61,172 nt of DNA, from the NCBI GenBank assembly GCA_943350445.1, contig CALRAE010000003.1, positions 1 to 61,172 on the forward strand, in the 5' to 3' direction. The position numbers were made by a program, and so were the translations under genes. The notes under the pieces were generated by a model. That model was not told where the DNA came from and did no database searches. It saw nothing but the letters and a program-made list of their open reading frames with translations. Each line of letters begins with the position of its first letter. The first letter of the stretch is position 1. Below, piece after piece: positions 1 to 8,098 of this stretch. This stretch comes from Candidatus Nomurabacteria bacterium. GTDB lineage: Bacteria; Patescibacteriota; Minisyncoccia; Phycocordibacterales; UBA9973.

Positions 1-555
1 TGACAAATCAATACCTTGTTGTTTTGCAACTTTTGCTAATTCATAACTAGCCCACCAACCGTATAATTTTTTCCTTTCATCAATACTAATTAACTGATTT
101 TCTACTTGCCTTTCAGCTTTCGCACCAACAATTGGTTGTGTAACGCCCAACCCTTGTCTCAACTCCCCAATCCTTTTTTTATCAGCTTTTTGCCTTTCTT
201 CTTTTGCTAACTCTGTAGATTCTTTTTCTCGTAAAGAAGCAAGCACTCTCGCTTTTTTTTCCTTCTGAGCCTTCGTCTTTTCTGGATCAACATATTCAGG
301 AATTGTCCAAATAAAATCTAGGGTTTCAGAATCTAAACCCCTGTATTGAGGAGGAACTCCATTTGTCTCTTCTAGCACACCCTCATTAACTTCTGAATTT
401 TGTTCAGCAAGTCTTTTTTCAATACCGGACTTAAAAGAGGCTGGAAGGCCTTGAAAAATAGAATCTTCAGATTCTCCATTTCTGATACGATCGACATATT
501 CCTGAATCTTTTGCTCTCCGCCGACAAGAGGCTTAGTACTGTCTATGGATTTCAT
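1..555 (-). CDS. hypothetical protein, 5' part only (ORF continues past the window start)
   Basis: Own reverse-strand translation from the ATG (complement of 553-555) reads MKSIDSTKPLVGGEQKIQEYVDRIRNGESEDSIFQGL... and stays open to position 1. It is missing from the ORF track only because it is open-ended. No family recognised. Confidence 0.6.
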   Translation of the reverse strand, partial: MKSIDSTKPLVGGEQKIQEYVDRIRNGESEDSIFQGLPASFKSGIEKRLAEQNSEVNEGVLEETNGVPPQYRGLDSETLDFIWTIPEYVDPEKTKAQKEKKARVLASLREKESTELAKEERQKADKKRIGELRQGLGVTQPIVGAKAERQVENQLISIDERKKLYGWWASYELAKVAKQQGIDLS

Positions 556-563
556 ATTATTCC

Positions 564-1745
564 TTAATTATACCACTTCCCCAGTTTAGTCAAAATTTCG
601 GACAAAGCTTTGACTGTGTAATCGATATCTTGCTTAGTTGTTTCTCTGCCTAGTGAAAATCTTAAAGAGCCATCCTCATCTTTTATATTTTTATTGATTG
701 CCTGTATGACATAAGACACTTTGCCATCGCCGGATTTGCAGGCGCTTTTGGCTGAGGCCATGATGCCTCGCGCCGAGAGCTCAATAACCAAAAGATCGCT
801 CGGAATATTCGGAATAGTAATATTCACATTATTCGGCAATCTATTTTTCAAATCGCCATTTAAATCTATTCTATAATTCGTTAGAATTGTAGAATTGGTT
901 AATTTAGAGACAAAATAGTCACGAAGCTTAGTCAGGCGTTTTGTTTCTTTTTCTTTAATTTTTTGCGCAGATTTTAACGCGTGAGTAAATTTCAAAATCT
1001 CAAACAAATTTTCCGTCCCCGGACGCAATCCCATTTCTTGGTCTCCCCCGCCGAATACTTTTGCGAGCGGTACGGAACTTTTTTTGTAAAGCACGCCGAC
1101 TCTGCCCGCGCCTTCAATTTTTGAACCGGAAAGCGTTAGCATGTCCACTCCTAGTCTAGCCACATTCAAATCCAGATAATTCGCGGCCTGAACTGCGTCG
1201 GTGTGAAATACGGGGAACCTCTCCCAAGAGGTGAGGTGTGTTTTTTTATAGCGCCTAATTATTTTTGCGATTTCTTTTATCGGCTGGATCGTGCCGATTT
1301 CGTTGTTGGCATAATGCACTGAAACTAATATCGTATTTTTGTTTATTTCTTTCTCTATTTTTTTAGGGTTCACAATTCCGCTTTCCTCAACCGGAACAAT
1401 GGAAATTTTCGCGAGCTTCCTTTGCTCAAGCATTTTGAAAGTTTCCAAAACAGACGGATGCTCTATGTTTGTAGTTATGATATGAGGCAAATTAAACCCC
1501 TCCCCACCCCCTCCCCTTAATAAGGGGAGGGCTCCCTGAATTGCCAAATTGTTACTCTCAGTACCTCCGCTTGTAAAAATTATCTCCTGTGGCTGAGCAT
1601 ACAGCAAATTAGCAACCCCGCTACGAGCATTTTCCAGTTTAGAGCGAGCTTCTACTCCCAAAGTATGTATAGAACTAGGATTGGCGTTCACGCTTGCGGC
1701 ATAATCTAAGTATAAATTATGGGACTTTTTGGTTGATTTAACCAT
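564..1745 (-). CDS. cysteine desulfurase / class-V aminotransferase (NifS/IscS-like), copy 1
   Basis: 393 aa. It has a PLP-lysine region (LSGSKIEGAGRVGVLY) and an active-site Cys region (SAKSACKSGDG). Paralog of 6527..7690. Confidence 0.85.
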   Translation of the reverse strand: MVKSTKKSHNLYLDYAASVNANPSSIHTLGVEARSKLENARSGVANLLYAQPQEIIFTSGGTESNNLAIQGALPLLRGGGGEGFNLPHIITTNIEHPSVLETFKMLEQRKLAKISIVPVEESGIVNPKKIEKEINKNTILVSVHYANNEIGTIQPIKEIAKIIRRYKKTHLTSWERFPVFHTDAVQAANYLDLNVARLGVDMLTLSGSKIEGAGRVGVLYKKSSVPLAKVFGGGDQEMGLRPGTENLFEILKFTHALKSAQKIKEKETKRLTKLRDYFVSKLTNSTILTNYRIDLNGDLKNRLPNNVNITIPNIPSDLLVIELSARGIMASAKSACKSGDGKVSYVIQAINKNIKDEDGSLRFSLGRETTKQDIDYTVKALSEILTKLGKWYN

Positions 1746-1769
1746 AAAAATAGTATATATTATCTATCT

Positions 1770-2225
1770 ATGAATACAAAGCTTCAGATTGCTTTTTTTG
1801 TTGTAACCGGAATCGCCCTAGCGATGATTGCTATTTGGGCTATAGTCACGGAAAGGCGCCTGAAAAGATTTTTCCTAGGCAAAAAAGCGAAAGATTTAGA
1901 AGATACTATTGTTAGTTTAGAAAATCACATTATTCAGCTGAAAAAATCAAAAGAGAATATTGAAAAAGAAATGGCCGTGATAAACGCAAAGCTGAAGAAA
2001 AGCGTCCGCGGAGTAGAGACGATACGCTTCAATCCTTTCCCCGACCAAGGCAGCAACCAAAGCTTCGCCATCGGCATGCTGAATGAAGAAGGCGACGGCG
2101 TGGTATTTTCGAGTTTATATTCCCGCGACCGAATGAGCGTATTTGCCAAGCCGGTGAAAAATCATAAATCAGAATACGAACTTTCCGCCGAAGAAAAAGA
2201 TGCTTTAAATAGAGCAAAAGTATAA
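1770..2225 (+). CDS. DUF4446-like single-pass membrane protein, copy 1
   Basis: 151 aa with an N-terminal TM helix, a coiled-coil segment and the block RFNPFPDQGSNQSFA...VVFSSLYSR. The family name comes from memory of that motif. Confidence 0.6.
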   Translation: MNTKLQIAFFVVTGIALAMIAIWAIVTERRLKRFFLGKKAKDLEDTIVSLENHIIQLKKSKENIEKEMAVINAKLKKSVRGVETIRFNPFPDQGSNQSFAIGMLNEEGDGVVFSSLYSRDRMSVFAKPVKNHKSEYELSAEEKDALNRAKV

Positions 2226-3739
2226 TGCAAGAAAATAAAAATAATAAAATAACTTCTCGTCCGCCAGTAGTCGTCGTCATGGGACACATCGACCATGGCA
2301 AATCTACGCTTCTCGACTACATTCGAAAGACAAATGTGACGGATACGGAAGCAGGAGGCATAACTCAAAATATTTCCGCATATGAAGTAGTGCATAAAGA
2401 CGAGCACGGCAAAGACCAAAAAATTACTTTCCTCGACACTCCGGGCCACGAAGCCTTTTCTAAAATGCGGGAGCGCGGAGCGGTAATTGCCGATATTGCT
2501 ATCCTGGTGGTTTCAGCCGAGGACGGTGTGAAACCCCAAACAATTGAGGCTTGGAAAACGATAGTCGAAGCCGGGCTGCCTTCTATCGTCGCCATAAACA
2601 AGATAGACAAGCCGGGCGCGAATGTCGAAAAAACCAAACAAGAGCTCGCGGAAAATGAAATTTATCTGGAAAACTACGGAGGCAAAATACCATGCGCGGA
2701 AATTTCCGCCAAGACAGGAGCCGGAGTAGATGGCCTCTTATCGCTCATTTTGATTCTATCGGAAATGGAAAATTTCACTACCAGCATTGAAGAAGACGCA
2801 ACCGGCTTCGTCATAGAAGCAAACTTAGATTCTAAGCGCGGAATACAAGCGGCTCTAATTGTTAAAAATGGAACTATCGGCAAAGGAATGTTTGTGGTGG
2901 TGGAAAATACCATTTGCTCCACACGCATGATCCAAAATTTCAAAGGAGAAATGATCGAGAGCGCTTCCCCTTCCGCGCCGATACGACTTTGCGGTTTTGA
3001 TAAAATGCCCAGAGTCGGCGCTCCGTTCAAATCTTTTAAAAAGAAAAAAGAGGCTGAGGAATACATAAAAAAATTACCCCCTCGCTCCGACCTAGGTCGG
3101 AGCACTCCCCCTTCTCAAGGGGGGGAGGGTAGCAAAAAGATTATACCTATCATGCTCAAAGCCGACGTTTCCGGCAGTCTTGAAGCTATCGAAAAAGAAA
3201 TTGCTAAAATAAAAAACGAAGGAGCGGAATTTAAAATTATAGCGAAAAGCGTGGGTCCTATTTCCGAATCTGATATAAAAAATATCTCTAACAGCGAAAA
3301 CGCCATAATTATCGGATTCAACGTCAAAGCCGACAAAAGCGCTAGCGAAGTCGCAGAGAAGCGAGGCATAACCATCTCTTTCTTCGATATCATTTACAAA
3401 ATGACCGAGTGGCTCACGGTAGAGATGGAAGCGAGAAGGCCGAGGATAGAGACGGTAGAGACGACGGGAAAGGCGAAAATCATCCGGGCTTTCAGCCGCA
3501 CCAAAGAACGCCAGATCGTCGGCGGAAAAGTAGTCGAGGGACGCATGCTCCTAAATGGCACAGTTAAAATTATGCGCCGGGAATTTGAAATCGGGCGCGG
3601 GAAAATCGTAAACTTAGAGCAAGGCAAGGTCAAGACAAGCGAAGTTGCCGAAGGCCTAGAGTTCGGCATGATGGTCGAATCGAAAATAGAAATAGCGCCG
3701 GGCGACATTATTGAACTATTTTCCATAGCGCAAAAATAG
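2225..3739 (+). CDS. infB: translation initiation factor IF-2, short form, copy 1
   Basis: GTPase motifs GHIDHGKST, DTPGHEAF and NKID, with the C-terminal IF-2 domains. Only 504 aa, so the long N-terminal region is absent. Confidence 0.9.
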   Translation: MQENKNNKITSRPPVVVVMGHIDHGKSTLLDYIRKTNVTDTEAGGITQNISAYEVVHKDEHGKDQKITFLDTPGHEAFSKMRERGAVIADIAILVVSAEDGVKPQTIEAWKTIVEAGLPSIVAINKIDKPGANVEKTKQELAENEIYLENYGGKIPCAEISAKTGAGVDGLLSLILILSEMENFTTSIEEDATGFVIEANLDSKRGIQAALIVKNGTIGKGMFVVVENTICSTRMIQNFKGEMIESASPSAPIRLCGFDKMPRVGAPFKSFKKKKEAEEYIKKLPPRSDLGRSTPPSQGGEGSKKIIPIMLKADVSGSLEAIEKEIAKIKNEGAEFKIIAKSVGPISESDIKNISNSENAIIIGFNVKADKSASEVAEKRGITISFFDIIYKMTEWLTVEMEARRPRIETVETTGKAKIIRAFSRTKERQIVGGKVVEGRMLLNGTVKIMRREFEIGRGKIVNLEQGKVKTSEVAEGLEFGMMVESKIEIAPGDIIELFSIAQK

Positions 3740-3740
3740 C

Positions 3741-4073
3741 ATGAGCCAAGAGAATCAGCGAAAAGACAAAGTGGCAAATTATCTCAAAGAGCTAACCGCC
3801 GAATTTTTGGGGCGGGAAAATAATAGAACCTCGCTCATCACCGTGACGGGCGCCACCTGCTCCCCCGACCTGAAGCGCGCCACCATCTTCATCACCGTGC
3901 TGCCGACTGAAAAAGAATCTCTCGCCCTCGAATTCGCCAAGCGCAAAAGAGGCGAACTGCGCGAATTTTTCAAAAAGAAACTAGAAATAAAAACTATCCC
4001 CTTTATAGATATAGCCATAGACCTAGGAGAAAAACACCGCCAAAAAATTGACGAACTGCTACGAAATGGATAG
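3741..4073 (+). CDS. rbfA: ribosome-binding factor A, copy 1
   Basis: 110 aa lying directly after infB, the classic infB-rbfA order. RbfA-like core LITVT...SPDLK.A.I.I. Confidence 0.8.
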   Translation: MSQENQRKDKVANYLKELTAEFLGRENNRTSLITVTGATCSPDLKRATIFITVLPTEKESLALEFAKRKRGELREFFKKKLEIKTIPFIDIAIDLGEKHRQKIDELLRNG

Positions 4074-4092
4074 ACTTTAGGAAGTTTGTAAC

Positions 4093-4164
4093 GGCCTGGT
4101 AGCCAAGTAGTAAGGCATTCCTCTGCAAAAGGAATATACGTGGGTGCGATTCCCACCCAGGCCT
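4093..4164 (+). tRNA. tRNA-Cys (GCA)
   Basis: Hand-folded cloverleaf: acceptor GGCCTGG/CCAGGCC, anticodon arm TTCCT-CTGCAAA-AGGAA, T arm GTGGG-TGCGATT-CCCAC. 72 nt, no encoded CCA. Confidence 0.9.
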
Positions 4165-4167
4165 CAT

Positions 4168-4491
4168 TTATTTTTCTCGAAGCAATTCGTCAATTCGCTG
4201 TCTGTGTTTTTCTCCGAGGTCGAGCTCGATGTCGATGAAGGGAATATTCTTTGTGGTCATCTTTTTCTTAAAGAATTCTCGAATTTCTGGTCTTTTGCGC
4301 TTGGCAAATTCTAGTGCAGTTTTTTCTTTGTCTGTCGGCAATACAGTGATGTATATGGTCGCCTTTTTTAAATCAGGCGAGCAGTCGGCAGAAGTCACGG
4401 TGATGAGTGATGTCCTATTATTTTCTCTCATCAAAAATTCTGCTGCGAGTTCTTTTATATAATTTGCTACTTTGTCATATCGTTCAGACAT
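4168..4491 (-). CDS. rbfA: ribosome-binding factor A, copy 2
   Basis: 107 aa, clearly homologous to 3741..4073 (DKVANY.KEL.AEFL.RENNRTSLITVT...). Confidence 0.8.
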   Translation of the reverse strand: MSERYDKVANYIKELAAEFLMRENNRTSLITVTSADCSPDLKKATIYITVLPTDKEKTALEFAKRKRPEIREFFKKKMTTKNIPFIDIELDLGEKHRQRIDELLREK

Positions 4492-4492
4492 T

Positions 4493-6043
4493 TTATTTTT
4501 GGGCTATTGAGAATAATTCAATGACGTCTCCGGATGCGACTTCGATTTTGGATTCGATCATCATGCCGAACTCCAGACCCTCCTCAACCACGCTGGTTTT
4601 CGCTTTGGCTTGTTCTAGGTTGACGATCTTCCCACGGCCGATCTCGAACTCTCGGCGCATTATTTTAACTGTACCGTTTAAGAGCATACGTCCTTCGGTC
4701 ACTTTACCACCTATGATCTGGCGTTCCTTTGTTCGACTAAAAGCTCGAATTATTTTTGCTTTACCTGTGGTCTCTACTGTCTCCACCCTAGGGCGCCTTT
4801 GCTCCATTTGTTCTTCTAGGAATTCAGTCATTTTATAAATAATATCAAAGAAAGAAATTGTGATCCCACGTTTTTCTGCCATTTCGATTGCACTCTTGTC
4901 TGCCTTCACATTGAACCCGATAATTATGGCAGCTTCACTGTTTGAAATATTTTTTATATCAGATTCAGAAATTGGACCTACGCCCTTACTGATGATTCTA
5001 AATTCTGCGTTATCGTTTGCTTTTCCATCAACCCCTTTACATTTTATTTTGGCGATTTCTTTTTCTATTGCTTCAATAGATCCAGAGACATCCGCTTTTA
5101 ATAATATTGGGATTATTTTCTTATCAGCTTTTTTTTCAGAAGTTTTTATATCGGATTTATTTTTTTCACCCTTTTGATTCTGCTCAATTTTCCAACTTTC
5201 CGCGTATTCCTGAGCACCCTTTTTGTTTTTGAAAGTCTTAAACATTGCTCCCACTTTTGGCAATTTATCAAAACCACATAGACGTATGGGTGTTGAAGGG
5301 GAGGCACTATCTACCGTTACTCCTTTAAAGTTTTGTATCATGCGTGTAGAGCAGATGCTGTCTTCGACAATTACAGTCATGCCTTTTGTGATTGTTCCAT
5401 TTTTTATGATAAGAGTGGCTTGTATTCCGCGTTTAGAATCAAGTTCTGCTTCGATGACAAAACCCGATGCATCTTCACCCGTATTTTCGGTGAAATTTTC
5501 CATTTCAGCTAAAATCAAAATTAATGATAACAGACTATCTACCCCAGTTCCTATTTTTGCAGAAATTTCTACGAAAGGGGTTTTGCCTCCATAATTTTCT
5601 AAATATATTTCATTCTCTGCAAGGGTTTGTTTTGTCTTTTCAATATTCGCGCCGGGCTTATCTATCTTGTTTATAGCAACAATTACTGGTAGCTTGGCTT
5701 CCACAATTGTTTTCCATGCCTCAACTGTCTGTGGCTTTACGCCATCTTCAGCAGAGACCACAAGAATAGCGATATCTGCAACGATTGCGCCACGTTCTCG
5801 CATTTTTGAGAAAGCTTCGTGCCCTGGGGTATCAAGGAAAGTTATTTTCTGATCTTCCCCTTTCTCATTTTTGTGAAGTACTTCATAAGCAGATATGCTT
5901 TGGGTGATACCACCAGCCTCACCATCAACTACGTTTGTTTTGCGGATATAGTCTAAAAGCGTAGACTTGCCATGGTCAATATGACCCATGACTACTACGA
6001 CTGGTGGACGAGGAGTGATTTTGTTTTCTTTGTTTTTTTGCAT
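4493..6043 (-). CDS. infB: translation initiation factor IF-2, short form, copy 2
   Basis: 516 aa with the same GTPase motifs as copy 1. It differs from copy 1 mainly by indels in the linker after domain II. Confidence 0.9.
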   Translation of the reverse strand: MQKNKENKITPRPPVVVVMGHIDHGKSTLLDYIRKTNVVDGEAGGITQSISAYEVLHKNEKGEDQKITFLDTPGHEAFSKMRERGAIVADIAILVVSAEDGVKPQTVEAWKTIVEAKLPVIVAINKIDKPGANIEKTKQTLAENEIYLENYGGKTPFVEISAKIGTGVDSLLSLILILAEMENFTENTGEDASGFVIEAELDSKRGIQATLIIKNGTITKGMTVIVEDSICSTRMIQNFKGVTVDSASPSTPIRLCGFDKLPKVGAMFKTFKNKKGAQEYAESWKIEQNQKGEKNKSDIKTSEKKADKKIIPILLKADVSGSIEAIEKEIAKIKCKGVDGKANDNAEFRIISKGVGPISESDIKNISNSEAAIIIGFNVKADKSAIEMAEKRGITISFFDIIYKMTEFLEEQMEQRRPRVETVETTGKAKIIRAFSRTKERQIIGGKVTEGRMLLNGTVKIMRREFEIGRGKIVNLEQAKAKTSVVEEGLEFGMMIESKIEVASGDVIELFSIAQK

Positions 6044-6502
6044 TTATTTTACTTCTGCTTTCTTTAATGCTTCTTTTTCTTCCGCACTCAATTCGTATTC
6101 TGATTTATTATTTTTAATGGGTTTTGCAAAGATACTCATGCGTTCACGAGAATATAGACTTGAGAATACCACTCCGTCACCATCTTCATTTAATATCCCA
6201 ACTGCAAAACTTTGGTTACTACCCTGATCAGGGAATGGGTTGAAGCGGATGGTCTCTAACCCACGGATACTTTTTTTCAACTTTGCATTTATAGTTGTGA
6301 TGTCTTTTTCGATATTATTCTTTGCTTTTTTGAGTTCAGTGATATTGTTTTCTAAAATAGTGATGGTGTCTTCTAGATCCTTCGCTTTTTTACCTAAAAA
6401 GAATCTTTTCAATCGTCTCTCTGTCACAATCATCCAAATAGCGCCCATGATTATGGCAATGCCTCCTAAAACAAAAAAAGCCAGTTCGAGCTTTGTATTC
6501 AT
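6044..6502 (-). CDS. DUF4446-like single-pass membrane protein, copy 2
   Basis: 152 aa, homologous along its full length to 1770..2225. Confidence 0.6.
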   Translation of the reverse strand: MNTKLELAFFVLGGIAIIMGAIWMIVTERRLKRFFLGKKAKDLEDTITILENNITELKKAKNNIEKDITTINAKLKKSIRGLETIRFNPFPDQGSNQSFAVGILNEDGDGVVFSSLYSRERMSIFAKPIKNNKSEYELSAEEKEALKKAEVK

Positions 6503-6526
6503 ACCGCTATAATATATACTATTTTT

Positions 6527-7690
6527 GTGGCTAAATCAAATAAAAGCTCAATAAATAAAGCACGGAAAATATACATGGATCATGCCTCCAGTGCTCTTTC
6601 TGCCTCTGCTAACCCTGGGTCTATTCATGAGTTGGGTGTAAAAGAGAAAAATACATTAGAAAGCGCTAGGGGTATAGTGGCAGATATTTTAAATGCTCAC
6701 AGTAAGGAAATTATTTTCACCTCTGGGGCAACAGAAAGCAACAATTTGGCTATTTTGGGTTTGATTAATGCGGTGAATCGTTTATTTTTACCGCACATTG
6801 TGACTACCAACATTGAACACTCATCAGTTTTAGAAGTTTGTAAACATTTAGAAAAAACAAAACAAGTGGAAGTGACTTATGTGTCGGTGGAGGGTAGTGG
6901 TATTGTCGATCCAGAAAAAATTAAAAAAGCTCTCAAGCCAAACACTGTCTTGGTTTCTGTAATGTATGCAAATAATGAAATAGGAACGGTGCAACCAATT
7001 CGGGAAATTGCAAAAGAAATTCGGCATCATAATAAAAATCTTGAAAGTAAGGTTTTTTTTCACACTGACGCAGTTCAAGCAGTAAACTATCTGCCGGTTA
7101 ATGTTGCCCAGCTGGGAGTGGATATGATGTCTATCAATAGCGCTAAAATATATGGTCCAAAAGGAGTAGGGGTTTTGTATGTAAAGAAAGGCACACTCAT
7201 TAGCCCTATTATGTTTGGCGGTGATCAAGAGTTTAGTCTAAGACCAGGCACAGAGAATGTGGCTTTAGCTATTGGTCTCGCAAAAGCTCTAGAGACTACT
7301 GAAAAAATGAAAGAAATTGAGGTGAAGCGATTAACAAAATTTCGGGATTATTTTTTTAAGAAATTATCTAAAATAAAAAATATTAAATTTACAATTAATG
7401 GTGATCTGGAAAAAAGGTTAGCAAATAATATAAACATAACTATTCCAAATATTCCGAGCGATCTTTTAGTCATTGAACTTTCAGCACGTGGGGTGATGGC
7501 ATCTGCGAAGAGTGCTTGCAAGGCAGGGGATGGTAAAGCTTCACATGTTATAGAAGCTATACACCCCAACGTAAAAGAAACTGATGGGTCTTTGAGGTTT
7601 TCTGTAGGAAGAGAAACCACAAAAGCTGATATTGACTATACTATTAAAGCTTTATCTCATATTTTATCCAAGCTAGAAAAGTGGTATTGA
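6527..7690 (+). CDS. cysteine desulfurase / class-V aminotransferase, copy 2 (GTG start)
   Basis: 387 aa with a PLP-Lys region (NSAKIYGPKGVGVLY) and SAKSACKAGDG. Paralog of 564..1745. Confidence 0.85.
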   Translation: MAKSNKSSINKARKIYMDHASSALSASANPGSIHELGVKEKNTLESARGIVADILNAHSKEIIFTSGATESNNLAILGLINAVNRLFLPHIVTTNIEHSSVLEVCKHLEKTKQVEVTYVSVEGSGIVDPEKIKKALKPNTVLVSVMYANNEIGTVQPIREIAKEIRHHNKNLESKVFFHTDAVQAVNYLPVNVAQLGVDMMSINSAKIYGPKGVGVLYVKKGTLISPIMFGGDQEFSLRPGTENVALAIGLAKALETTEKMKEIEVKRLTKFRDYFFKKLSKIKNIKFTINGDLEKRLANNINITIPNIPSDLLVIELSARGVMASAKSACKAGDGKASHVIEAIHPNVKETDGSLRFSVGRETTKADIDYTIKALSHILSKLEKWY

Positions 7691-7715
7691 CATTAATGTC
7701 ATTTGGGTGTAGAAT
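7687..7715 (+). promoter_or_regulatory. sigma70-like promoter (TTGACA, 17-nt spacer, TAGAAT)
   Basis: TTGACA at 7687-7692, a 17-nt spacer, then TAGAAT at 7710-7715. It overlaps the nifS copy 2 stop codon. Confidence 0.55.
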
Positions 7716-7747
7716 GCAAAGAGTATAAGTTCTTTCATATTTTGCAT

Positions 7748-7813
7748 AACTCACTGAGCTTTTAGTTTATGAATATAGGACATATTCGTAGTTTAAAAGC
7801 TCGGTGAGTTTTT
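7748..7813 (+). terminator. long hairpin followed by a T-run (attenuator- or terminator-like)
   Basis: The arms aactcactgagctttta (7748-7764) and taaaagctcggtgagtt (7794-7810) pair over 17 bp with one G:U. An inner stem is gaatat/atattc. TTTTT follows. Confidence 0.4.
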
Positions 7814-7875
7814 AATTGCACACTAAGGTAGTTGTGCACACCAGCAATCAACCAAACTACACACAGCATGACACC

Positions 7876-8037
7876 ATGACACATTGTGAACACTGCAGGG
7901 AGGAGTTGCCAAAACATCCGGAGACACAAACCCCCCACTGCTTTATCGTCAGGGAGCTGATCGTCTGCGTTCAGTGCTTGCTGAACTTTCGGTCGGAGAT
8001 TCTTCCGGAGAACGTGCAACAACAAGCAGAGCAGTGA
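7876..8037 (+). CDS. possible small Cys-rich protein (53 aa); may instead be part of a non-coding RNA
   Basis: ATG-initiated ORF MTHCEHCREELPKHPETQTPHCFIVRELIVCVQC... with two CxxC pairs. No SD and no nearby -10 box. The opposite strand is also open, and the region is locally GC-rich. Confidence 0.25.
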   Translation: MTHCEHCREELPKHPETQTPHCFIVRELIVCVQCLLNFRSEILPENVQQQAEQ

Positions 8038-8055
8038 GTAGTAAGGTCCATCAAA

Positions 8056-8098
8056 GGGCCGAAGAAAAGCGCCGATGTGCTTTCCTTCGGCCCTTTTT
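8056..8098 (+). terminator. intrinsic terminator
   Basis: The stem gggccgaag (8056-8064) pairs with cttcggccc (8085-8093) and is followed by TTTTT. Confidence 0.7.

Larger units (their letters stand above)
564..7690. repeat. diverged mirror-image duplication; arms 564..4073 and 4168..7690, axis at tRNA-Cys
   Basis: The same four genes occur in exactly mirrored order and orientation, with conserved spacings. The protein sequences are diverged. Confidence 0.9.

Noticed and set aside
3779-4156. A 125-aa minus-strand ORF spanning rbfA copy 1 and tRNA-Cys.
   Set aside because: It is antisense to rbfA and runs through a well-folded tRNA gene, so it is spurious.
1934-6512. Many ORFs of 60-150 aa on the strand opposite infB, rbfA and DUF4446 in both arms (for example 2029..2301, 2674..3105, 3394..3777, 4407..4838, 5223..5594).
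   Set aside because: They fully overlap strongly supported genes in antisense. Their composition is low-complexity and typical of shadow ORFs, and they mirror each other only because the real genes are duplicated.
564-7690. The mirror duplication as a fold-back chimera from whole-genome amplification or as a simple palindromic misassembly.
   Set aside because: Such artefacts give identical arms. Here the arms differ at a large fraction of nucleotide positions, with indels and different composition. A chimera between two related populations is not excluded and is listed in the finding.
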